From positions 1 to 64,000 of the forward strand of contig NW_026852109.1 of the NCBI RefSeq assembly GCF_026571515.1: a DNA stretch of 64,000 nucleotides, given 5' to 3'. Origin of the DNA: Ruditapes philippinarum. Taxonomy: Eukaryota. The notes under the pieces were generated by a model. It did no database searches. It was not told where the DNA came from and worked only from the letters and a program-made list of their open reading frames with translations. A program made the position numbers and the translations under genes. Below, piece by piece: positions 39,323 through 51,211 of the stretch (positions within the stretch are counted from its first letter, which is position 1; each line of letters begins with the position of its first letter).

Positions 39323-40774
39323 TAAAGGCCTTTTTACAATACGATTGTCCATAGCAACGAATGTTGCATTTCGCGCATTCGCATTCTGCGTAGGACAAAA
39401 ACGCAATAATGATGTCTACAGTTTATCATACTTTAATAGATGCCATTTCATGTTATGTCCACTTCCGACTTCCCTTCGTGGCGTGCACGTCGCTCGGAAG
39501 GCATAGGTCACACCAGATGGGTGACCTAGTTAGGTCACTTAGCTGATGTGACCTAACCAACGACGAAGGGTGTGGCCCTAAAGAGAGCTGCTGCTCCCGG
39601 AAGAGGTGCCTTTCCTCTATTGTCATTTGTTCATGAAGCGAGGAATTTGGTCCTAGAGAAGGTCTACGACGATCGACAGCTTGAAAAGACCTCCGTCGCG
39701 GCTCTACGGCATCGACGACGTTGCAGGCGAATAAGTCCTCCGTTGCAGGCTCTACGTTACCAGCAATCGTAATAGAGGCCGACTAGTCTGGGACATATGG
39801 GAAACCGGCGCCCAGTATAAATAAAACTAAAAACACAAAAAATGTTATGTCACCCAAAAAATATTAATTTTGGGATGACTTAAGGCGGTAAGTACTGAAA
39901 ACGTGAGTTTATTTTTAACAGATCTACGAAAATGTGAGGGAATAATAATTCAATGGTCAAAGAGGGCACACACATTTCGTTTGTTTAAGGTATCATTGGA
40001 CAACTTTTCCATCAGTAATTTAAATTGAAACAGCAGGGTATTAAAGATAAAATTTAATTAGCCCTGTATTACATAATATTACACAATTTGTATTGTACAC
40101 TTCCTTTGAATAACTGGATTGGTCAGGCGGCAAGTGTCAAACAGATTGGCACGCGAACGGTTGTTCATTCAACCGGGACATTTAAATACCATGATATAGT
40201 TAATCAGTTACGCTTATTCAAATTCAAATGGTAATTTATTTAACTTTTGAATATACCGATCAATGTTTATGGATTTAAAATCTATTTATATGACTTAAAT
40301 TTTTCTGTTTGCATCACAGGCAAATCGGATAAAGGATATAATCAGGTATATTGAACACTAAAAATGCATTATCACCTGCTCTGATATTTTTTTTCAGAAT
40401 GATAATCTCGATTTAATGTTATAAAATTTCTTTTGTTTTTAAATGAACTATTTCAAAAGCAAATAAGTTGACTTTCCATTTGCTTATAGATTGAATTTCC
40501 ACATCTTCTTTAAAGAAGTGATCTCAGTGACAGATCCGTGATCGTAAATTCTTAAACAAGTATCTTTGTCATGCCTTTTTATGGCATTATTCGCCTCAAA
40601 GCTATAAAGACATCTTTTCTATATTTGTTAAAAGCTATTTTCAATAATTTTCAACTAACTATCTTTCTATGTTGGGCGGTGCATTTTTTGCCTTACGCAG
40701 ATTGCGCATGCGCGAGAAAATTCTTATTCCGGTCGATTTTTCATAGCAACGGACCGCGTCGTAAAAGGTCTTTA
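39323..40774. mobile_element. Non-autonomous element bounded by imperfect ~70-100-bp inverted repeats, with nested inserts
   Basis: Left taaaggcctttttacaatacg..tcgcgcattcgcattctgcgtagg matches the reverse complement of right ccttacgcagattgcgcatgcgcga..cgtcgtaaaaggtcttta. Confidence 0.5.
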
Positions 40775-41894
40775 TTCCAATTTCAAGGATTAGGAATTTA
40801 AGAGGACAACAGCTTATTAATACAAACAGGACTAACAAGACGAATCAAATAAAATGGTTGAAGGCTTTCTGAAGACATATTATGAACATGTGACTGACAA
40901 AATTAACTGCAAAGTGTATTAGTCTGAATCTGAAACAATACGTAACGAGTTACATGTTTGATGATATTTCACAGCCCAACTTTAGTGTCTAACTTTTCCT
41001 CTACACTTATGTGACAACAGGATGCAAAACAGTTTTTTCACTCAGAATATTAGTCCAGTCGAAGATACATACTTCTCCAGTTAGGGAATGATTCGTGCTT
41101 CAGTGATATTTTAGTACGTAGCGGTGTTGTTACATTCTTAGCTCGACTTCAAACGGGTAATTATCGCAGTAAGCACGTCGTCAAAGGTTTTCATTAGCGT
41201 CTTTTTCTAAAAAGCTGTTAAAGATACTACATGTACATGCTATTTGAAAACTGTAGCACATAATTTCCCTGCAATTCAATTTCAAGTTTTGCTCCTTACA
41301 CTTAATAAATTAGCTTCAAGTTTTGAGCGTAAGATGCTATAATGTTTACATCTCGGCGGAAAAGAATCGATTGAAATTTTACACAAGGGTTACATGCTAT
41401 TTGAGTAAAATGACTTTTTAAAGCGGATAACTTTTGTTAAATCTAGAATTTTATACACATTTTGCCATTTTGGACTTGTTTGTTAGGTTAAAGATTAGCT
41501 TGTAAGATGGTATAATGCTTATATCTCGGTAGAGGTTGTATGCATTTATTTGCAAATTCGCAAAAAGGTCCTTGGTCATGTAAGAAATTTTGTAAATATG
41601 GGCTCAAGAAAAAATAGGTTACCTTGAAATATATATCCTATAACGTCCCTTTATTTACTATCAAATATCTAGCTATGTCAAAGATGTTCACTGAAATTTG
41701 AAATTTTTCGATACTTTTGAAAGCAAACGCACTTGAGAAGGGTTTTTAATGAAATTCATATTTATTGATTTCCAAGCTCATTCCATTATATATTATCTAT
41801 CGGTCAGGCACCGAATATTGTTGAGCGTGCAGCTATATACATGTCTCGACTTGTGATATTTTTTCAACAAGATAATAGAATACCTTCTTCATGT

Positions 41895-41972
41895 ATAAAG
41901 GCCATTTTCCCCTACCGCTGATTCAAGTAGGCATTTTTCAGTTACTGGCGAGGGAATGTGCTAGTACTGGTA
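41895..41972 (+). mobile_element. SINE central-core fragment (Meta-SINE-like)
   Basis: cccctaccgctgattcaagtaggcatttttcagttactggcgagggaatgtgc resembles the mollusc Meta core, recalled rather than searched. Confidence 0.45.
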
Positions 41973-43694
41973 CACATCTTGGTACAGTTAAGGATGCGTT
42001 CATGATGAGTTTATCCACGTATTTGACGTATTTAGTTGTCTGTTTTGGGGGATTTGTTTTTTGTCGTAGTCGGTATTTGTGTTGAAAGAACAGGGAGGGC
42101 CAACCGTTTGATAGACACCGGTGCGAATCCTTCCAAAAGATTGAGAGACAAGATAGCTTAACTTAAACATATCCATTATTTCTCAAGATGTACACAAGAG
42201 GAGGCGTGGAAAAAAGTATTAGCTCCATGTATTAAACAGTGCATTTCAACATCGATGTAACCTTTCATACATTCCATTAATTATTGCAAACAAGATCATC
42301 GTTCACCAAACTTCAATTTAATTTTGATTATCTGTCATCTTCAATCACAAACTTATATAGTACAACCATAAGCTGAGGATGTCGGATTGAGATTTTGTTT
42401 TCACTGAAGAAATTTGTATATAATTTTGGTTCTTCTCCTAGAATTGAACTGTAAAAAAGAAGTTGTCCAACTTTGAAAAATCATCAATTTAAATATGCGT
42501 TTATTTAATTTCAATGTTTAAATAATCGGAATTCTTTAAGATACAAGAAACTATTATTATTGATATGCGAGCACGGCTAACATTTCTTTTTGCATTGAAA
42601 ACATAGAAATAGCATAATTTTGCATGCTTACGAGTTTACTTCGGCCGAGAAGCTTTCTTTAAAGATACTTCTTCCTTCTCAGATGTCCTTTTAAATAAAA
42701 AGATTTCTTGAAATTGAATATCTTGCATTAATTTGTTATTCTTGTCCTTTGACTAACTAATCTTGCACGCTTAAGGTTCGGTGTTCGATGTCAATGTATA
42801 AAGCCGGTGCAATCTTTCAAACAGGGTTTATAACGATCTGTAATAATTACCTCATGTGGGTTCACTAATACTTGTAACCTGGAAATGCCTCGCAATTGTC
42901 GACCCACGGAAAATGATACAGGAACTAATTATGCGCGCTGGCTAACGACGTAAACTCCTATGTGCAAGTTGACATTTTAGTTTTTAGCAAAAATGAGACT
43001 ACGGAAAAGCGTTCGTAGCAAACAGATGATTTAAGTTGGATATTTACATGCTTAAACTGCATGTAATATATATATTTTATAAAAAATGTAACATTTAGGT
43101 AGTTTTCAGTGTAAAAATGTAAACTTCATGAGTAGGCTCTATGATTTTATGTTGTTAAACTGCATTTACATATTTACAATCTGTATGCATCAATATTTTA
43201 TAGTTATAATAATTATGAGATATCAGGGAAAATGTTTGATGTAAAATTTAAGATTGTCCGCAGTTGGATGTGGTACAGTGTGTCAATGTCTTCATTTGAA
43301 GGTGCTTTAATAATTTTAACTCCCAATCAGGTTTTAATACAAAATCCGTCATAATATCATTCTGGTTTTCTTCAAATATGAATATTTTATAAAATCAATT
43401 AACATAAATATTCATTATCTTGGTATGTTTGGACAAATGTAAGCGTGGTGAAAGATGTCCTCAGTTGGATGTTATTTTTCGGAAATACTCCATTTGGGGG
43501 TGGTATGTGACAGTGTGGGAAGTCCTCATTTGGTGGTGTTTTCATTATTTTTAATTTGACTCATGTCTTGAAAATAAAATGCACAAATAGACAAATACTG
43601 TCCTTTTATATGATAATCCGTTATTTTTTCTCCAAAACATACATAAATAAAAGTGTACCCATTTGGCAGTATAAAATCAAGTTTCCTCATTTGA

Positions 43695-43858
43695 NNNNNN
43701 NNNNNNNNNNNNNNNNNNNNNNNNNNNNNNNNNNNNNNNNNNNNNNNNNNNNNNNNNNNNNNNNNNNNNNNNNNNNNNNNNNNNNNNNNNNNNNNNNNNN
43801 NNNNNNNNNNNNNNNNNNNNNNNNNNNNNNNNNNNNNNNNNNNNNNNNNNNNNNNNNN
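43695..43858. other. Assembly gap (164 N)
   Basis: N run. Confidence 1.
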
Positions 43859-44211
43859 ATATTATGAAACAATCACTGACAAGTGCGCCATAGGATATGA
43901 TGTAATTTTCATCGGAAAAATATCATATTTAACGAGTACAATGCTTAAATGCAAAATTGCATGGTTGAGCAGGTTGACGACTGACAAAAATAGAAAGTCG
44001 GCAATCTTAACCATGCGTTTCATATGCAAATATACTAAACTGTTTGATTTTTCAACTGCTCAAAAATAAAAATACAAAAAATTCATTCGAAATAAAATGC
44101 AAAAAATTATGTCATATTTTTCATAAGAAATTTTATAAACGAGGAATTTTTATTAAGGATTCAATACCGAATTAACTCATGTAAACATAAAATGAAACAT
44201 AAAAATGTATG

Positions 44212-45992
44212 TACTACTTGACTGCTACTGTTACAAAACTGATAATGCTACTGTTGCTAAAATGCTTCTGCTCCTCCTAATACGCCTGCCACTGCTACTT
44301 AACTGTTATTGCTACTAAAGTTCTACTGCTATTGGTCCTGCTACTGCTGCTACTGATACTGGTCCTAAATCTTAAATACAATATAACTTCTGCTCCTGCT
44401 AATACTACTGCTAGTCCTCCTGCTGTTTCTACTTCTTTTTTTTGGATACTGCTCCTGCTACTTAAGTGCTACTACTCCTGATACTGCTAATACTTAACTG
44501 CAACTGCTGCTACCCCTGCTGTGTGCTTCTAAATTGCTACTGCAACTGCTTCTAAACAGCTACTGTTACAAAACAAGTAATGCTACTGCTGCTTTACTGC
44601 TACTGCTCCTGGTACTGCTCCTGTGTCATTGCTCCTACTACTGCTCATGTTTGTCGATTGTTACTGCTAGTGCTCCTGCTAGTGCTGCTGTTTCTGATCC
44701 CACAACTGCTACTTTTACTGCTTATGTCACTTCTTCTACTTCTTTAACGGCTACTGCTCCTGATACTGCAACTAAATTGCTTCTGTTCTACTGCTACTCC
44801 TGCTACCATACAGCTACTGCTACAGCGACTGTTTTTGATAATTCTACTACAACTTATATTGCTGATTCTACTTTACTGCATCTTGCTTTTCAACAAACTG
44901 CTACTGCTACTGCTCGAACCACTGAAGTAGCAACAATGATGGTATAAGTAGCCGTAGTATTTTTGTTGTAGTTTGGATGTAATTTTGCTATTGCTACTGC
45001 CAATTGTAAGATTAAAGTTTAACTACTGCTACTACTGTGCTTCTGCTACTGCAAATTTCATGTTTTATAATTTTGCTACCGCTTCTGCTGTTCTACTGCC
45101 AACTTCATGCTAATGCCGTGCTATTGCTACTGCCAATTTCAGGTTTTATAATGTTGCTATTGCTACTGCCAATTGTAAGATTAAAGTTTTACTACTGCTA
45201 CTTCTGCTACTGCCAATTCCATGTTTTATAATTTTACTACTGCTTCTGCTGTGCTACTGCCAACTTCATGTATTATCATTTTGCAACTACTGTGCTACTG
45301 CTACTTCCAATTTCACTTTTTTTATAATTTTGCTAATGCTGTGCTACTGCTTCTGCCAATTTCACATTTTATGATTTTGTTACAAGTACTACTGTTCTCC
45401 TGCTACTGCCAACTTCATGTTTTATAATTTTGCTTCAGCTGTGCTACTGTTACTGCCCACTTATGTTTAATAATTTTGCAACTGCTACTGTTGTGCTACT
45501 GCTACTGCCAATTTAAGGTTTAATAATTTGGCTACTGCCACTGCTGTGCTATTAATACTACCAACTACACGTTTTATAATTTTGCTACTTCTACTGCTAA
45601 GCTACTACTGCTCTCAATTTCACGTTTATAGCTTTGCTATTCCTACTGCTGTTCTATTGCTACTGTCAATTTCAAATTTTATAATTTTGCTACTATTACT
45701 GCTTTGTCACTACTAATGTCAACTTCACTGTGCTAACGCTTGTGCCAAGTTCTCGTTTTACAATTTTGCTACTGCTACTGCTTTGCTACCGCTTCTGCAA
45801 AAGTCACTTTTACAATTTTGTTACTGCTACTGCTTTGCTATTGCTATGCCAATTTCAAGTTTTATTATTTTCCTACTGCTTCTTTACAATTTCGCTTTTG
45901 TTGTAGACTGCTACTGCAAATTTCACGTTTTATATTTTCTACTGCTACTGTTGTGCTAATGCTATTGCCAACTTAGCGTTTTATAATTTTCC
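44212..45992. repeat. Low-complexity (CTG/CTA)-rich degenerate satellite
   Basis: Repeated tgctactgc. From ~44985 it is interleaved with caatttca..ttttataattttgc units. This explains the Leu/Cys/Tyr/Thr-rich ORFs here. Confidence 0.9.
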
Positions 45993-48458
45993 TACCGGTG
46001 AAAGTATAAGAAACACTGAAAATATTTTACCACAGTGATTCCCAAGTCCAGTGAGGAGATCGTAAAATAATTTCTGGTGTGCTTTAAGTGAGGCCAAAAT
46101 TTGCTGGTGTTATAAATGGCGGATTCGTTACATTTTTTACAATTTTGATGAGAAATTTTGTTCAGTAAGTAATTATTTTCATTTTCTATAAACATCTCTA
46201 TTCCCGGTTACTATTAGTAATTTACCAAAATGTTATTGCCATATTTTTAGGAAAATTTTAGTATCAACAGTGACATTGGCTTTGAATTTTGACAAATTTT
46301 GCAGGGTTTACCAAAAATATAATTATGGCACATAGATCATAATACAATGCAATTATATCATTTCTTTAAATTAATGTCTGGCGTACGTACTTCAAGAGAA
46401 GTTTGTGTAACGATAAAAAAAAACTACATGTACTTTTAGCACACTTTCAGTGCCTGGTGTTGACTTTAAGTAGCTGTGCTGGTGTTCGGCGATTTCTATA
46501 GCGTAAACCTTACAGAAACGTGTCTTTTCACATTTTCATTTAACTGTTTATTTCATCTAAAGAGTTCATTATTTTATTAAAGATTGTCCAAATTACTTCG
46601 AACAATTTATGATAATATTTACTGAATATTATACTTCTTCTTAAGGTAGTACGCCTCTAATGCACTGTCTCCACTTTGAAGAGTATTAAAATAGGCTAGA
46701 ATCACTGTCAACAGAATTGAAACTGAAGGGCGTGGGTTCAAACCCCAAAAGAAGCAACTTTTTTTCTTTCATTTTTTTTCTTTTTAACATTTTTTATGAA
46801 TCTCAAAGATCCCTAATGGAAGAAAAAAGTGGTTCATTTTAATTATTATATAAATACTGTGAGTATTTATTTGCTAAATAATGGTAAATTTAATAGCAAA
46901 TATGATACCAGATATGTTTAATTAAATAAAAAGTACACGGTAAAAGTATATTTTGCAAGACCAACCAATATACATTAACGAAAATTTAGCCAACCTTTGA
47001 AAACAGCCCTTCATTGTGGAAAATTTTAGGGATATTTCAAATAAGGCTTTTTACATAGGGAAATGGTCAAATATGTATTTAAAGTGGGTGGGATAGGGTT
47101 ACATTTTATACATATTTAAAGCATGTCATATAGAAATAAATTGTTGTGTAATTTGTTACTTGAATGTTATCATTTGTTTCTTAACAATAAGCAATAGATA
47201 AACATTTTTCATAATGATGCTATTATAGATTATTTGGAGTTTCCTCATTTCTGAAAAAAAAACTGTTTTAGTTCAGAAAAATGTCGAAAACTCATAATCC
47301 ACACGGTAAATTTTGTTTAGAGTTTCCATACAGGTGACATTTAAGGCATTTAACTGTCCCCTATGTGGTTTATTTTAAGTTCCTCAAAGTGTCCATTAGG
47401 GATGTTCTACCTTTAGTATTTCAGTGACAAGTTATCTACATTTACTTTTCGTAAATAGACAACCTCAAATGAATGAAAATTTGATACTGAATTTATTGAA
47501 CAGGTTAGATGAAAGTATTTGTTCAATGTTAACCACTGTTTTTTATCAGTGAAATGAAAGCCATATCATCTACAGTATAATACTTACACAGTGACGGATT
47601 ATAGCTTTGGTGAACTGTACCCGAGAAATGGATATTCCATTCCGAGCCCCAAACACATGTCAGATAGCCTTTCCTGCATATTCGTCCATGTTTTCAATGT
47701 TTTCTAGACCTCAATGAATCAGTTTTTCATACAAATATTTGTTATCTCACCCTTTATCATTCGTTGTTGTATCGATTAATCACGTACTATTTTGATGATG
47801 TCATTTTGGAGCACTTGGCTCATCTGGTAACCACCATAACCTTTCATGCCAGATGACTTCTTTTAGAATGCTCAAAATTTACGGAAACACCAGTCTCATA
47901 TGCATGATATATAATCTCAAGTGTTGCACTTCATTTATTTCATGGCCATAGCATTGTATTCCTTCAACATATATCGTGGAAAAAACGGTTCTCAAACCTC
48001 ATAGCATTCAAGAAGGCTTTTCTAACCAATGAGATTATTTTTATCAAACTTTTTGAATTATGTATATTTTAATCTTTATTGTATGTCGTACTAAAATAAA
48101 TAATGAATAAGTGACATTTTTAAGATACACAAAGGAGAAAAAAGGGGAATAAATAGGCGATGTTAAAGTTCTTGTAGTATGAAAATAGATATTTCGCGAC
48201 GTGTGAAATATCAGCATTGTCATGCCACAATTGGAAAATCAATTTCTGTATTTATAGAAAATAGACTTGAATTTTCTGTTGATCATTTAAATTTTCTTTT
48301 GTTCGACATTAAAATTTGAAAGACTTTCCCTTTAATTTTGTAATTTGACTAAGTTTAGAAGAATATAGTCCGAATAGACGCCAGTGAAAAAACAGAAATA
48401 TGTTTCACTGCAGTCTTTAAATAAAAAAAGAAAAATAAACTCAATATTTCTCAATAAA

Positions 48459-49110
48459 GGGGAGCGGTGGCCTAGTGGTTAAGGTGTCTGCCTCTCAACC
48501 CAGAGATCATGGGTTCGAGCCCTACTCGAGTCACGACCATGTTTCATCATATGACACCAGTACTGGTTGGTTCCAGGAAGCGGACTCGAAAGTGATTAAT
48601 ATAAGATGCAAGAACTTGTTTTGCAATCGAGCATAAATAAATATGTTTAAACTAAATATTTCTCAATATCTCAGAAGTTTTAGGAATATAATGAAAAGGG
48701 ATACCGGTACCAAGATTTTTTTTGTCTTTTTTAATGTAATTACGTGATTTATTTCAACGAGTGACATGAAAATAAATATTTCACCAGCTCTCTTTTTAAT
48801 TATCTTTGATATGCATATTGCCGACAGTAGTTACGACACCAGTGAAATACGAAACATACACTGCAGTCTTTAAATAAAAAAAAGGAAAATAAACTCAATA
48901 TTTCTCAATAAAGGGGAGCGGTGGCCTAGTGGTTAAGGTGTCTGCCTCTCAACCCAGAGATCATGGGTTCGAGCCCTACTCGGGTCACGACCATGTTTCT
49001 TCATATGACACCAGTACTGGTTGGTTCCAGGAAGCGGACTCGAAAGTGATTAATATAAGTTGCAAGAACTTGTTTTGCAATCGAGCATAAATAAATATGT
49101 TTAAACTAAA
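48459..49110 (+). mobile_element. Two tRNA-derived SINE copies (48459-48656, 48913-49110) in a 454-bp tandem duplication
   Basis: ggggagcggtggcctagtggttaag (A box), gggttcgagccc (B box). Each copy is flanked by the duplication tatttctcaata. Confidence 0.9.
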
Positions 49111-50673
49111 TATTTCTCAATATTTCAGAATTTTTAGGAATATAATGAAAAGGGATACCGGTATCAAGATTTTTTTGTCTTTTTTAATGTAATTACGTGA
49201 TTTATTACATCGAGTGACATGAAAATAAATATTTCACCAGCTCTCTTTTTATTTATCTTTGATATGCATATTGCCGACAGTAGATACGACACCAGTGAAA
49301 TACGAAACATACACTGCAGTAAAAGAAAACTTATACGGATACAAATTTATTTATAAGTGTACAATGAATAAAACAGTTTTCTATTTAACTTAAAGAATCA
49401 AACGTGTATGCTTATTTGATAAACATATTTATGTTCTTATGAATACGATGAAAATATTAATAGATAAATATCATCAGTTTTATATAGCCAATATTATATT
49501 ATTTATACGTACGATAATTAATATTTGATGTATTTTTGCACGTCTATATATTCTCGAACAAAAGTATGAAAACATGTGACGGAAAAAATTCAGATGTTTG
49601 CGTTAATTTTTAACCCTTCTATTTCATACTTAAAAGATATTGACAGACTGCTATTCATTTAAAAGGCTTTTTTAATCCGCATAAATGACAGTAATATTGA
49701 CCCATTAAAAGTTAAAAAGTAAGAGAAATATTCTTCTATGTATATTCATCAAATTACTCCGAACAACAATTCCTAGCATTGTCCTTAGAAAATAAACTCA
49801 TATAAAAAGACATTGGAACATTATCCGCAGAACGGACAGGTACAATGCGTTTTGTCTCAGGTTTAAAAGATAGGGGAATTATTCCCCTATCTCTCTAGTC
49901 TCACTATGTCTTTCTCTCTCTCTCTCTGCATGTAAACTTGTTACTGAAAAAGTGCCTTTAGGTCGACCCCCGGAAAAAGGACATCTGGAATTTCCTTTTT
50001 TATTCTGGAACGCATTACAGGTAGTGATTCCGCCGCATCAATAACATATGTACCGCGTATTGGCCTACTTCACGAATGAGTAAAATACCGATTGTGACGT
50101 CGTTAACGTCACTTTTAAAGTTATATCGTGCTCCGCTTTGCTTTACTAGTACATGTCAATAACAGCATAACTTTTTTCTTTGTAAATATATCTTATATTG
50201 CTGTCTTTTGTATCATTCAGGGGATAGGTTCCAATTTATTTGTGTTTTTTTTTATGTAAATTCATTCAACAGGTAAAGAAACATTTACAAAGTCCAGGTA
50301 ATTTTTGATCATCCCTTGTATATTTAATATCGTTGTTTTTTTTAAATGTCTTTATTACACTCCTGTTCCGCGGTTTATGTGATCAATTAAATCATATTAC
50401 GTCACACTGTCACTTTGCGTACGTTAATAAAACACACATTTCTAACGTCGTTTCGACGTTTTGAGTTGATGTTATCATCGTTGACGGTAGTAACGTTATC
50501 ATACGTTACCTTAAAGCGTTTTCGTGCAAATGTGAGTCGTTTAAATATAGAAAAGTATACATTACAAGAAAATTAAAAAATGCATTAAAGCATGATGGAA
50601 AAAGCTGAAAATATCCAAAATATATGATACCGGCTGTTTTATGCTTGCGCGGCTCAAATATTGTTGTTTAACC

Positions 50674-51211
50674 ACTTTGCTGTAGTATTCTGCTGTAATG
50701 AACAGATACAAGACATTTACATACAACATCTATGATCTGATCAAAGGGATCAAACGCTAGCTGAATATTCAATTAATGATAATCGTTCCAGTTTACATAC
50801 TGCTCTTCAATATGTACAGGTGCCTGTTTTGTTATGTGTGCCATCAATTACACCTTCAACTTTGGCAATGCCTGTTGATTTTAATCAGTTCCTCTCTGGT
50901 GCATAGGAATTTAATGAATTGTCAAACATTGTCTGGCCAGCTTAAAGCCATGGACAGCTTAAATCCGAGACTACTTCAGTCACAACTCTGCTAACTGTAG
51001 GCTGACTCACACCGTGAATGTCAGCATCATTCAGCTGAATGTACCTCAGTGTTACCAGAATCTTGTCTCATACTATTATTTTCCTGGCCAGCGCGGTAAT
51101 CTTGTTATACATTAACTGCCTTAAATAGCTAATTCCTCTTTTATCAAGCCTGTACCTATTTATAACCTCTAAGTTAGGCATCGTGTCTATCAAAGTTAGG
51201 CGGTTTGTCAT
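50674..51211 (-). pseudogene. Decayed PIF/Harbinger (HARBI1-like) transposase fragment, left arm
   Basis: Mirror of 59475-60012. Confidence 0.8.

Noticed and set aside
43556-43872. ORFs spanning the N gap
   Set aside because: Artefacts of the gap.
44534-45976. Leu/Thr/Ala/Cys-rich ORFs
   Set aside because: They are translations of a low-complexity satellite.
48459-48535. tRNA genes at the SINE heads (also 31179 and 48913)
   Set aside because: They continue into SINE bodies with tails and target-site duplications.
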